Positions 48,871 through 58,844 of a DNA stretch of 64,000 bases are shown here, in pieces. The position numbers were made by a program, and so were the translations under genes. Numbering within the stretch: the stretch's first letter is position 1; every line of letters begins with the position of its first letter. This DNA is from Acidobacteriota bacterium (GTDB taxonomy: Bacteria; Acidobacteriota; UBA6911; JACOSC01). The notes beneath the pieces are model-generated. The model made no database searches, had not been told where the DNA came from, and was given only the letters and a program-made list of their open reading frames with translations. Location of the stretch: NCBI GenBank assembly GCA_016179055.1, contig JACOSC010000025.1, positions 2,214 to 66,213 on the forward strand. The letters run 5' to 3'.

Positions 48871-51800
48871 ATGAAAGAAACACAGCCAAGTAATGAACAG
48901 ATAAACCCTAAAATGACTGCAGAAGTTGAAAGGACCGCCTGTGACGAATCGGCAGGGTGTCTCCACGAGCTTTTCGAAGCTTGGGTCGACCTACGGCCGG
49001 ACGCCCCTGCGATCCTCAGCGATGGTCTGTGCTTATCTTACAAAGAGCTTGAAGACCGGGCCAACCGCTTGGCACGGTGTATACGCACCTACGGGGTCGG
49101 GCCCGGCGATCTGGTGGCGATTTATTTCGAGCGCTCGGCGGCGCCGATCGTCGCCATACTGGCTTGCCTCAAGGCGGAAGTCGCTTACGTGCCCATAGAT
49201 CCGATTTACCCGGCGGACCGCATCCGCCATATTTTGCTTGAAGCGGAAGTGAGCCTCGTCCTCACCGAGCAGGCGCTTGCGGCCCGCGCGCAAAGCTTTT
49301 CCTCCAGCCGGTTGCTCGTCACTGACGCGCCCGGCGACGAGATCAGCGGCCAATCGGCGGCGCGCCTTTCTCGCCAGGACAGCGGACTCACGCCGCAAGA
49401 TCTTTGTTACGTCATTTATACGTCCGGCACCACGGGTCGCCCAAAGGGCGTGATGACCGAGCACCGCAACGCCTGGAAATTCGTCTTAGCGTTCAACGAA
49501 GTGTGCAGCACGACGCAGGAAGATCGTATTTACCAAGGTTTTTCGTTGAGCTTCGACGGATCGGTAGAAGAGATCTGGATGGCGTTTTCCAACGGCGCGC
49601 CCCTGGTGGTCGGCACTCCTCAGACCCCGCGATTCGGCAACGATATGGCGCGGTTCCTCAGCCGGCACGGCGTAACGTATTTTTCAACCGTTCCAACCAT
49701 GCTCTCCACTATGACGGAGGACATCCCCTCGCTAAGGCAACTCGTGGTCAGCGGTGAAGTCTGTCCGCCTGAGCTGGTGGCCCGCTGGGCCCGACCCGGC
49801 CGGCGGGTTTTGAACGCCTATGGACCCACCGAAGCCACGGTCAATACCACGGTCGCCGAGTGCATGCCGGGCCGGCCCATCACGATAGGCCGGCCACTGC
49901 CCGGTTATGACGTATACATTCTGGATGACGATATGCAGCCCCTGCCCCCGGGTGAGAAGGGCGAACTCTTCGTCGGCGGAGACACTCTGGCGCGGGGCTA
50001 CCTCAAACAGCCCGACCTGACCGCCGAGCGCTTCGTCACCTCTTCCTATGTCGGCAACGGTGAACCGACGCGGCTCTACCGGACCGGTGATTCGGCCTTG
50101 ATCAACGTCCAGGGCGATATCGAGTTTTTTGGCCGCCTCGATGGTCAGGTCAAGATACGCGGCTACCGCGTCGAGTTGGCGGAAATCGAAACTGTGCTGA
50201 TCGAATGCCCCGGCATTCGTGCCGCCACGGTCAGCCTGTTGGAGCACGACGGATTACGGGAGCTGGCCGCCTTCGTCCTGGTTGACAACGCCGGCGCGCC
50301 GATGGATCGCAATACCGTGCTGGAATTGCTGAGGGCGCGGCTTCCGGATTACATGGTCCCCGCCTACCTCGATATCCTTCACGAGTTTCCCACCCTTGCC
50401 AGCGGCAAAGTAGACCGCAAGCGACTGCCCGCGCCGGTTTCGCCGCTGGTGCGCACTGCACGCCATATCATTCCGCCGAAGACGGATCTCGAGCTCAAGA
50501 TCGTGGCGGTATGGCAACGGTTATTCGGCGTCACCGAAATTTCCATTGAAGACGACTTTTTCCTGGACCTCGGCGGCTACTCGCTGCTTGCCGCACAGAT
50601 GGTCACGATGCTGCGCAGCGAGGCGGGGTTAACCGTCGCCGTGCGCGACGCGTATCGTTTTCCCACGGTAAAAAAACTGGCGGAGCAAATCGCCACGACG
50701 GAGACTCGATCGCCCGCAGAGCCTACCACGGCCGATAAGGCCAAGCTGTCGAGCCGAGCTGCGTTTGAAAGCCTTTCGCCCTGGGCCCGCCGGGCGTGCG
50801 TGGCACTGCAAGCGCATTCGCTTTACCTTTTATACGGACTGGGGACGGCTCCCTTGTGCGCCTTCCTGTTGTTGGCCCTCAATGTCAAGGAAGGCGCCCT
50901 GGCGCTTAAGCCGGCAGTCGCCGTCGGCATCGCCCTTGGGTTTGCCACTTGGCCGACGCTGCTGTGCGTGAGCCTCGCAGCCAAATGGCTGATCATCGGG
51001 CGTTACAAGCCGGGACGGTATCCGGTTTGGGGGCTTTATTACTGGCGTTGGTGGCTGGTGATGCATATGCAAGGCATGAGCGGCGCCGGCGCGCTTACCG
51101 GGACTCCCGTGCTGCGCGTGTACTACCGTTTGATGGGCGCAAAGGTCGGTCGAGATGTCGCGCTCGATACTGCGCAATGCTTTATTTGGGATCTCGTAAC
51201 CATTGGGGATGAAACGAGCATCGGCGCGGATACCCAACTTTTAGGCTGTCGGGTTGTGGACGGCATGCTGGTCATGGGCCGTATCGACATCGGGAGCCGG
51301 TGTTTCATCGGCATACATTCGGCGCTGGGTCTGAACGTACGCATGGAAGACGATACACGGCTCGACGATCAATCCTTGCTTCCCGACGGGGCCGTCATGG
51401 AGGCCGGTGAATCGCGTCGCGGCTCGCCGGCGTTGCCCGCGCCGGTGGCCGTGCCCGAGCCGAATCCTCACTGCGCGCTCCAAAGTCGTCGCTCGGCCCT
51501 GCTGTATGGGATGGCGCATTTTATCCTGATCGAACTGCTGGGCTGGCTGCTTCTGCTCCCCGCGGCGCCGCTTGCCGTCGGAATCAACTTTGCCTATGTG
51601 ACCGGCGGCTGGCCGTGGGGCCTGCTCGCGCTGCTCGCTTCGGTACCGGCGGCGGAGGTGCTCTATTGCTTCTTCATCGCCGGCCTCAAAGCTTTGGCCT
51701 TGCGCCGCCCGGCGCCAGGCGTGTATCCACTGGCCAGCGTTTTCTATCTGCGCAAGTGGTTTGTGGACGAGTTGATTAAATTGAGCCGTGTGGTTCTGCT

Positions 51801-52899
51801 GCCCCTGTACACGACGCTCTACCTGCCGCCCTGGCTGCGCCTGCTCGGCGCCCGCATCGGCGCGCGCGCCGAGCTGTCCACAGTATGGTATTTTTCTCCC
51901 GAAACTATGGACGTCGGAGAAGAGAGCTTTTTTGCGGACGGCTCGATAATCGGAGGAAAGAGAATCTTCCGCGGCCAGTGCGAGATCGGTGTAAACCACG
52001 TCGGCCGCCGCAGCTTCGTGGGCAACAGCGCCATACTGCCCGTCGGACGCGGACTGGGGGACAAGTGTTTGCTCGGCGTACTTTCGGCGCCGCCCTGCAC
52101 GGCAGAGGCTGCGGTCCCCGACGGGACCGAATGGTTAGGCTCGCCGGCCTTCGCTCTGCCCCATCGGCGAAAAGTAGAAGGTTTCTCAGATGCCGTGACC
52201 TATCGGCCCACGCCGAAACTCTATTTCCAGCGGGCCGTTATCGACGGTATGCGAATTCTAATCCCCGGCTATATCGCCACGGTCGTCGGCGGCGCCTTTT
52301 TCGCGGCGCTTTACTTCTGCCGGCTGTGGTTCGGAACCGTCGGGCTGTTTGCGCTGGCGCCAGTGTTGGGAATCATCACGTCGATCGTGCTTTGTTGTAT
52401 CGTGGCGGGGTTAAAAAAACTGGTGATGGGAACTTTTCAGCCGGTCATAAAACCCTTGTGGTCGCCCTATGTCTGGTTTAACGAAATGATAAACGGCATC
52501 TACGAATCAGTCATGGCCCCGGCGATGGCGACCTATTTGGGAACGCCTTTTGTGGTGCCCCTACTGCGTTTAATCGGATGCAAAATCGGCCGTCGCACCT
52601 TCATTGACTCGACACTGTTCTCGGAATTCGATCTCGTTGAAGTCGGCGATTATGCCGCGCTCAATCACGGATCGGTGGTGCAGACGCACCTTTTTGAAGA
52701 TCGCATTATGAAGTCTTCGTATGCGAAAATCGGCGACGAGTGCTCGCTGGGCAACATGGCCATTATTCTTTATGATGCGGAGATGCAGCAAGGAGCCTCG
52801 CTGGGCCCGCTCTCGCTCTTGATGAAAGGGGAGACGCTCGGCCCCTATACCCGCTGGCACGGAATTCCTACGGTGTCGGCTCGGTCTTCGGAGACCTAA
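48871..52899 (+). CDS. Pls/PosA-type single-module membrane NRPS (homopoly-amino-acid synthetase)
   Basis: A domain (YTSGTTGRPKG, YGPTE, YRTGD), T domain (LGGYSL) and three TM-flanked repeats (RLMGAKVG, RLLGARIG, RLIGCKIG; QTHLFEDRIMK). Confidence 0.92.
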   Translation: MKETQPSNEQINPKMTAEVERTACDESAGCLHELFEAWVDLRPDAPAILSDGLCLSYKELEDRANRLARCIRTYGVGPGDLVAIYFERSAAPIVAILACLKAEVAYVPIDPIYPADRIRHILLEAEVSLVLTEQALAARAQSFSSSRLLVTDAPGDEISGQSAARLSRQDSGLTPQDLCYVIYTSGTTGRPKGVMTEHRNAWKFVLAFNEVCSTTQEDRIYQGFSLSFDGSVEEIWMAFSNGAPLVVGTPQTPRFGNDMARFLSRHGVTYFSTVPTMLSTMTEDIPSLRQLVVSGEVCPPELVARWARPGRRVLNAYGPTEATVNTTVAECMPGRPITIGRPLPGYDVYILDDDMQPLPPGEKGELFVGGDTLARGYLKQPDLTAERFVTSSYVGNGEPTRLYRTGDSALINVQGDIEFFGRLDGQVKIRGYRVELAEIETVLIECPGIRAATVSLLEHDGLRELAAFVLVDNAGAPMDRNTVLELLRARLPDYMVPAYLDILHEFPTLASGKVDRKRLPAPVSPLVRTARHIIPPKTDLELKIVAVWQRLFGVTEISIEDDFFLDLGGYSLLAAQMVTMLRSEAGLTVAVRDAYRFPTVKKLAEQIATTETRSPAEPTTADKAKLSSRAAFESLSPWARRACVALQAHSLYLLYGLGTAPLCAFLLLALNVKEGALALKPAVAVGIALGFATWPTLLCVSLAAKWLIIGRYKPGRYPVWGLYYWRWWLVMHMQGMSGAGALTGTPVLRVYYRLMGAKVGRDVALDTAQCFIWDLVTIGDETSIGADTQLLGCRVVDGMLVMGRIDIGSRCFIGIHSALGLNVRMEDDTRLDDQSLLPDGAVMEAGESRRGSPALPAPVAVPEPNPHCALQSRRSALLYGMAHFILIELLGWLLLLPAAPLAVGINFAYVTGGWPWGLLALLASVPAAEVLYCFFIAGLKALALRRPAPGVYPLASVFYLRKWFVDELIKLSRVVLLPLYTTLYLPPWLRLLGARIGARAELSTVWYFSPETMDVGEESFFADGSIIGGKRIFRGQCEIGVNHVGRRSFVGNSAILPVGRGLGDKCLLGVLSAPPCTAEAAVPDGTEWLGSPAFALPHRRKVEGFSDAVTYRPTPKLYFQRAVIDGMRILIPGYIATVVGGAFFAALYFCRLWFGTVGLFALAPVLGIITSIVLCCIVAGLKKLVMGTFQPVIKPLWSPYVWFNEMINGIYESVMAPAMATYLGTPFVVPLLRLIGCKIGRRTFIDSTLFSEFDLVEVGDYAALNHGSVVQTHLFEDRIMKSSYAKIGDECSLGNMAIILYDAEMQQGASLGPLSLLMKGETLGPYTRWHGIPTVSARSSET

Positions 52900-52968
52900 C
52901 GGCCACGAAGAACCCTAGTCATAGATTGATCGGCACTTTCGATGTCCCTTTCGCGTCAACCTTGATAG

Positions 52969-55900
52969 TTACGCGGATGGGCGAGCCTCGGCGTACACCG
53001 TTGTCGCTACTTTAACCGTCGGCGAGGCCGTCGCGGATTTGGGCTGCACCTTCCAAAACATCGGCGCAAAGTTATCCCATTGCGACAACACTTCGGCGGC
53101 CCGGGCGCTCTGGGTTTGCTTGTGATGACGCTCGATCATACCGCGCATCCGGTCAATCTCTTCGAAATCAGTGAGGCGCAATACTTCCACGGTCTGTTTA
53201 TTGCAATGAGACTGAAATCGCTCCGTCTCATCCAAAACGTAGACGGTACCCCCCGTCATCCCGGCCGCAAAGTTCTTGCCGGTTTCGCCTAGCACCAGAA
53301 CCGTTCCGCCGGTCATATATTCGCAGCCATGGTCCCCGACACCCTCGACTATGGCCATGGCGCCGCTGTTGCGGACGGCGAAGCGCTCTCCCGCGCGACC
53401 GGCAGCATAGAGTTCGCCGCCGGTGGCGCCGTAGAGTACCGTATTGCCAAGCAAGACATTTTCATGGGAGACGAAAGTCGCCTCGGCCGGAGGTCGTATG
53501 GCGATGACGCCGCCGGTCATGCTCTTACCCACATAGTCATTGGCCTCGCCGATCAGAACCAGCGTCATGCCGGGAACGCAGAAGGCGCCGAAGCTCTGGC
53601 CGGCGCTGCCGCGGAAATAACACTCGATGGTGTTTTCCGGCAAACCGCGGTTGCCCCAGAGCTGTGCAATCTCGCCGGCGAGCCGAGCCCCAATCGCGCG
53701 ATCCGTATTGCGAATTAAGTACTCAAGAAAGATCGGCCGCTTTTCGATAACTGTCGAGCGCGAGTCCATGACGAGCCGCTCATTTAGAGGATTTTCGGCG
53801 ACGCGCGGGGCGGCGTCCGCCAAGCGCCGCGGCGCGTCGTGATCAACCGTGGCCAAGACTTGGCTAAGATTGATAGGCGCATAATCACCGGACTTTGGTT
53901 CCAGCAGATCCGCACGGCCGACGATCTCCTCCATTGTACGAAATCCCAACGTCGCTAGAATCTCGCGTGTTTCCCGGGCCACGTATCGCAGGAAATTGAT
54001 GAGGTGCTCCGGCTTGCCATCAAAGCGGCCGCGCAACTCCTCACGTTGCGTGGCTATGCCTTTCGGGCACGTATTCATATGGCACTGACGGGCCATGACG
54101 CAGCCCAGCGCTACTACCGCCGCCGCGCCGAAGCCGAACTCCTCGGCGCCCAGCAGCGCGGCGACCACGACATCACGGCCGGTCTTGAGTCCGCCATCCA
54201 CTTGCAGGCGCACGCGGCTGCGCAAGCCGTTCCATCGAAGAATTTGCTGCGCCTCCGCCAATCCCAATTCCCAGGGGACGCCGACGTTTTTGATCGATCC
54301 CAACGGCGACGCTCCCGTCCCGCCATCATAGCCGCTGATCAAAATGGTATCGGCGTGCGCTTTGGCGACACCGGCGGCAACCGTACCCACTCCGGCTTCC
54401 GCAACCAGCTTAACGCTGATGCGCGCCCGTGGATTGACCTGGCGCAAATCGTAAATGAGTTGCGCTAAATCTTCGATGCTATAAATATCGTGATGCGGCG
54501 GCGGAGAAATTAAACTGACGCCGGGCACTGAGTGTCGTATGGCGGCAATCTCGGCGGATACTTTATGACCCGGCAGTTGCCCGCCCTCGCCCGGCTTGGA
54601 CCCTTGCGCGATCTTGATCTGCAATTCTTGGGCGGCCATGAGATACTCGGTCGTGACGCCAAACCGCCCCGACGCCACTTGCTTGACCGCGCTATTGAGC
54701 CGGTCTTCTCCCGATGCGGAGCGAAAACGGCGGGGGTCCTCACCGCCTTCGCCGCTGTTGCTTCGCGCTCCGACGCGATTGGCGCCGGCGGCCAGCGTTT
54801 CATGGGCTTCTCGACTTAAGGCTCCGTGCGACATCGCCGATGTGACAAAGCGACGGACAATTTCTTCAACGGGTTCCACTTCGGCTAGCGGTATCGGCGT
54901 TCCGGTGCGAAACTGCAAGAGATCGCGCAACGCCGTCGGTGGTCGTTTTTCCACAAGCTCCCGATAAAGCCGGTATTGTCCCTCATAATCGGATTGGCGA
55001 ACGGCTTGGTGTAGAGCCTTGAATACCTGCGGATTGAAAGCGTGATACTCGCCATCGGCGCGGAAGCGATAGACGCCGGCATCTTCCAGCCGCGTAGAAC
55101 CGGACTCAAAGGCCGACGCATGGCGGAGGAGAAGTTCCTGTGCCAAATCTTTAAATCCAATTCCGCCGATGCGAGAAGGAGTGCCGGGAAAACACCGATC
55201 GATGATTTCTGCGGAGAGTCCGAGGGCTTCAAAAAGCTGGGCGCCACGATAGCTACTCAACGTAGAAATGCCCATCTTCGACATGATTTTCAAGAGGCCA
55301 TTCTCGAGCGCCAGTTTATAATTATGAAGGATGGTGCGAGCCGTAAGGCATTCAACGTCACCGTTAGAAACCATGGCTGCCATCGTAGCAAAGGCCAGGT
55401 AGGGATAAAGGGCGTTAGCGCCGTAGCCCAGCAAAGCCGCGCAGTGATGTTCCTCAAAAGCGCATCCGGTCTCGACGACCAGGCTGGCTTGGCCGCGCAA
55501 GCCCGAACGAATCATGTGATGGTGGACGGCCCCCACGGCCATAAGCATAGGGATGGGCGCCTGGTCGGGACTGACGGGACGATCCGTAAGGATCAATATT
55601 GAATTCCCTTCTCGTACGGCGGCAGCCGCCGTTTCGCAGAGCGCGCTGATCGCCACGGCAAGGGCTTCGCTCCCTTCCGAGGCATCAAAAAGACACGGCA
55701 ACGTCTTGGAGCGGAAAGTGGGACCCGTCAGCGACTGCAGCCATGCTACCTCCGTCCGAGTGAGAATCGGCGTCTTCAATTTGATACCAGTGGCGTTTTC
55801 TTCGCAGTCCACCAGCCATTGTCCCCGGTTGCCCAGGAATGTCGTGAGCGACATGACCAGCTTTTCACGTAAGGGATCGATGGGAGGGTTGGTCACTTGA

Positions 55901-57474
55901 GCGAAGAGCTGCTTGAAATAGGTAAATAGCGATCGCGTTTTCTGAGCGAGCACAGAAAGCGGCGTGTCATCGCCCATGGAGCCGATGGCCTCTTTGGCCT
56001 CGAGGCCCATGGGCTTCATCATACGTTCCAGGTCTTCTGCGGTGTATCCGAAAGTTTTTTGCTGCCTGAGCAACTGCTCCGGCAGAAACGACTCGGCTTC
56101 GATGTCGTATAGACTCACTTCCACCGGCACCATCCTGCGACGTACCCAATCGCCGTAAGGATTTTCCCCAGCTAGTTGCGCTTTAATAGCGGAATTATCC
56201 AGAATGATACCCTTCTCCATATTCACGGCAATCATTTGACCGGGACCTAGCCGCCCCTTGCTTACCACGCGTGCTGGATCGATGGGGAAGACGCCGACCT
56301 CCGAAGCCAGACTCAGCAGGCCATCGTCGGTAACTTGATACCGAGCCGGCCGCAGGCCATTGCGATCAAGCGCCGCGCCCACTACGGCGCCGTCACTGAA
56401 AATCACCGCCGCCGGTCCATCCCATGGCTCCATAAGGGGAGCATGATAATCGTAAAAGGCTTTGAGATCGGCGCTCAGGCCGGGAACCGTTTCATAGGCC
56501 TCCGGAAACATCATGGCCGCACTGCGCAGTATTGTGCGGTTGGAATGGGTCAGGAATTCTAAAACGTTGTCGACGCCGGCCGAGTCGCTGCGCCCCGGCT
56601 GCACAATAGGACGTAGTTGATCAGACGCCGCCGCATCCCAAAGGGTCGCCGGTAGATGAGCTTCGCGCCCCGCCATCCAATGGCGGTTGCCTTTGATCGT
56701 ATTGATTTCGCCATTATGCGCCACCATGCGAAACGGATGAGCAAGCGACCAATTGGGAAACGTATTGGTGCTATAGCGTTGGTGGAAGAGAACCATGGCC
56801 GTCTCGAACAGCGGGTCCTGGAGGTCACGATAGAACTCCGGTAGATGCGCCGGCGTCATGAGGCCTTTATAAACGATAGTCTTATGTGAGAGTGATGGAA
56901 TGTAAAACCGCTCTATCGACGACGTTCTCGCTTCAATCGCTTTACGGGTCAGGTATAAGGCTCTTGCGAAGCCGGCGCCGGACATTCCTTCCGGGCGCGC
57001 CAGCAATACTTGCTCGATATACGGTCGCGTGGCGGCCCCTTTGGGGCCGAGGGCAGATAGCTCTACCGGCACCTCGCGATAACCAAGCAGTGATAGGTGG
57101 TGAATCCGCATAGCGTTCTCGATAGCCGTCCGACAAAACTGCTGCGCTTCCATATCGTCCGGTGGAAGAAAGAGCATGCCGACGGCTAGGCGGGAAGGAT
57201 CGATGGCTGCAATCCCTCGCGCAGCCAACGCGGCCGCGAGAATTTTATAAGGCAACTGTGTCAGCACGCCGGCGCCGTCTCCGGTCTGATCGTCGGCATC
57301 CACCGCGCCGCGATGAGCCAAACGATCTAAAGCATGTATCCCCATATCCAGAATCGTACGGCTGGAGTGGCCGTTAATACTGGCGACGAAACCGACGCCG
57401 CAGGCATCATGCTCAAAATCCGGCGAATATAATGGCGGATGAGCACGCTGAAGAGCATCAAACATAATACGCAA
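52969..57474 (-). CDS. gltB: Glutamate synthase large subunit
   Basis: EHDACGVGF, HQRYSTNT, KPGEGGQLPG, CVMARQCHMNTC, GDHGCEYMTGG. Confidence 0.96.
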   Translation of the reverse strand: MRIMFDALQRAHPPLYSPDFEHDACGVGFVASINGHSSRTILDMGIHALDRLAHRGAVDADDQTGDGAGVLTQLPYKILAAALAARGIAAIDPSRLAVGMLFLPPDDMEAQQFCRTAIENAMRIHHLSLLGYREVPVELSALGPKGAATRPYIEQVLLARPEGMSGAGFARALYLTRKAIEARTSSIERFYIPSLSHKTIVYKGLMTPAHLPEFYRDLQDPLFETAMVLFHQRYSTNTFPNWSLAHPFRMVAHNGEINTIKGNRHWMAGREAHLPATLWDAAASDQLRPIVQPGRSDSAGVDNVLEFLTHSNRTILRSAAMMFPEAYETVPGLSADLKAFYDYHAPLMEPWDGPAAVIFSDGAVVGAALDRNGLRPARYQVTDDGLLSLASEVGVFPIDPARVVSKGRLGPGQMIAVNMEKGIILDNSAIKAQLAGENPYGDWVRRRMVPVEVSLYDIEAESFLPEQLLRQQKTFGYTAEDLERMMKPMGLEAKEAIGSMGDDTPLSVLAQKTRSLFTYFKQLFAQVTNPPIDPLREKLVMSLTTFLGNRGQWLVDCEENATGIKLKTPILTRTEVAWLQSLTGPTFRSKTLPCLFDASEGSEALAVAISALCETAAAAVREGNSILILTDRPVSPDQAPIPMLMAVGAVHHHMIRSGLRGQASLVVETGCAFEEHHCAALLGYGANALYPYLAFATMAAMVSNGDVECLTARTILHNYKLALENGLLKIMSKMGISTLSSYRGAQLFEALGLSAEIIDRCFPGTPSRIGGIGFKDLAQELLLRHASAFESGSTRLEDAGVYRFRADGEYHAFNPQVFKALHQAVRQSDYEGQYRLYRELVEKRPPTALRDLLQFRTGTPIPLAEVEPVEEIVRRFVTSAMSHGALSREAHETLAAGANRVGARSNSGEGGEDPRRFRSASGEDRLNSAVKQVASGRFGVTTEYLMAAQELQIKIAQGSKPGEGGQLPGHKVSAEIAAIRHSVPGVSLISPPPHHDIYSIEDLAQLIYDLRQVNPRARISVKLVAEAGVGTVAAGVAKAHADTILISGYDGGTGASPLGSIKNVGVPWELGLAEAQQILRWNGLRSRVRLQVDGGLKTGRDVVVAALLGAEEFGFGAAAVVALGCVMARQCHMNTCPKGIATQREELRGRFDGKPEHLINFLRYVARETREILATLGFRTMEEIVGRADLLEPKSGDYAPINLSQVLATVDHDAPRRLADAAPRVAENPLNERLVMDSRSTVIEKRPIFLEYLIRNTDRAIGARLAGEIAQLWGNRGLPENTIECYFRGSAGQSFGAFCVPGMTLVLIGEANDYVGKSMTGGVIAIRPPAEATFVSHENVLLGNTVLYGATGGELYAAGRAGERFAVRNSGAMAIVEGVGDHGCEYMTGGTVLVLGETGKNFAAGMTGGTVYVLDETERFQSHCNKQTVEVLRLTDFEEIDRMRGMIERHHKQTQSARAAEVLSQWDNFAPMFWKVQPKSATASPTVKVATTVYAEARPSA

Positions 57475-57960
57475 TCCTTTCTGAAGTCCTCAGCCCAAAT
57501 GCTAAGGCGCGGCAAGAGCCCGCGTCGATCACAATTTCGCGCGGAGACACTAAGCCCGCGCCACTAACCAAGAACCTTCTGTTTATATATGAATTGGCCG
57601 CGCCACCCGATGGCCGGCCACGGCGTGCGGCCTTGCTTACGCCATCGCCCTATTTTGGACCGCCGCCCCGCCTATCCCGATCCGGGGCCTTATACGGCGT
57701 AACTATCTTTTACTATAATTGCATAAGATAAGTAAAATAGAATTATTTCATAGATTCGATAAGCAAAACTCATAGGAGTGCTATGCAGAATAATCATTAT
57801 TTGCATCGAGTTTAATTATGGCGCGGGATTATTTCCAGGTATCGGTTGGCAAAGATCTTTACCACTCTGCTACCGCATATTAGCCCGTTTGTGCTGAGAA
57901 TCTTGCCAAAATGGAAAAAGAAATTCTTATGTTATCAGAGTTCACCGAGGGATACGGGTT

Positions 57961-58095
57961 TCATACACTCTTGCTACGGATACCGTCTTTAGCCGCGGCA
58001 CTCCTCATAGTAGATTCCAGCAGACCTGGCCCCAGCGTCCGATGCACGTCGATGGCGGCTACGATAATTTGTTCTGTGATCTTGTTCAAATCCGT
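57961..58095 (-). pseudogene. GxxExxY protein remnant
   Basis: NKITEQIIVAAIDVHRTLGPGLLES, a frameshift to YEEC, then directly KDGIR (middle deleted). Confidence 0.7.
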
Positions 58096-58123
58096 TGCAG
58101 CGATTCGCGGCGGGGCGCGAAAA

Positions 58124-58340
58124 CAATCCCAAAGGGATTGCGGAACAAAGCCCAGGGTTAGCCGCGTCCCCGCGGCCAACCCTGGGAATGCGATACGCAT
58201 TGGATCCAACCCCCAAGGGGTTGCGGCACGACCGAGGAACCGACGCAACCCCGTTGGGGTTGCTAATGTCCGCCGATCTTTTCCCAGGGTAGCTCGTGCC
58301 TCGCAACCCTGGGCTTGGAGACGGAATCCCGTTGGGATTC
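58124..58340. repeat. Three-hairpin inverted repeat element (REPIN-like)
   Basis: AATCCCAAAGGGATT / AGCCCAGGGTT..AACCCTGGG / AACCCCAAGGGGTT mirrored on the right arm. Confidence 0.75.
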
Positions 58341-58706
58341 TGAAACGGTCAAAATATTTTCAGGAAGTGCCATTCAGGCATTTATTCATGCAGTCTGTTG
58401 GGTTCTGGCTCGTCCGGGTTAGGGAGCAAGTTGAAGATCACAGGTGGGGAGACCATACTTTAACCGCTCAAAACCTTGCACCGTTATTCAGGTTGTACCC
58501 CCCAAATTCATCTTGATTATCCAGAGATAAGCGCTGGTCTGCAATTTGCTAAAGTACCATGTATTGACGTATACCTTGGTATAAATCGTCAATAGGTAAT
58601 GCTTGAAATTTAAAGGAAGGTTTATTGTAGGAGAAAGGCAATGATAGCGCTCTTAATTATAGGCTATATGGGAGCATTGTACATGAGGCTTCTTGAGCGG
58701 ATACGA

Positions 58707-58735
58707 TTGACTTTTACACATCCCTTTCATAAACT
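58707..58735 (+). promoter_or_regulatory. Putative sigma70 promoter
   Basis: TTGACT-17 bp-TAAACT ending 9 bp before the riboswitch. Confidence 0.6.
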
Positions 58736-58744
58736 TCTATTGGT

Positions 58745-58807
58745 GGCGATGGGGTCCGCCAGGGAGTGCCCGCTCCCAAACCGTCCCAGCTAGGACTGAT
58801 GGCTCCT
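58745..58807 (+). ncRNA. Fluoride (crcB) riboswitch
   Basis: GGCGATGGGGTCCGCC..AAACCGTCC..GGACTGATGGCTCCT fits the consensus P1, pseudoknot and P2. Confidence 0.85.
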
Positions 58808-58844
58808 AAATAATTAGTCACCTTCAAAGAGAAAGGAGCTATGA

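Noticed and set aside
57911-58516. 201-aa ORF
   Set aside because: Runs antisense through the GxxExxY remnant and across a palindromic repeat.
58641-58793. 50-codon ORF with AGGAG upstream
   Set aside because: Overlaps the promoter and fluoride riboswitch and has no family resemblance.
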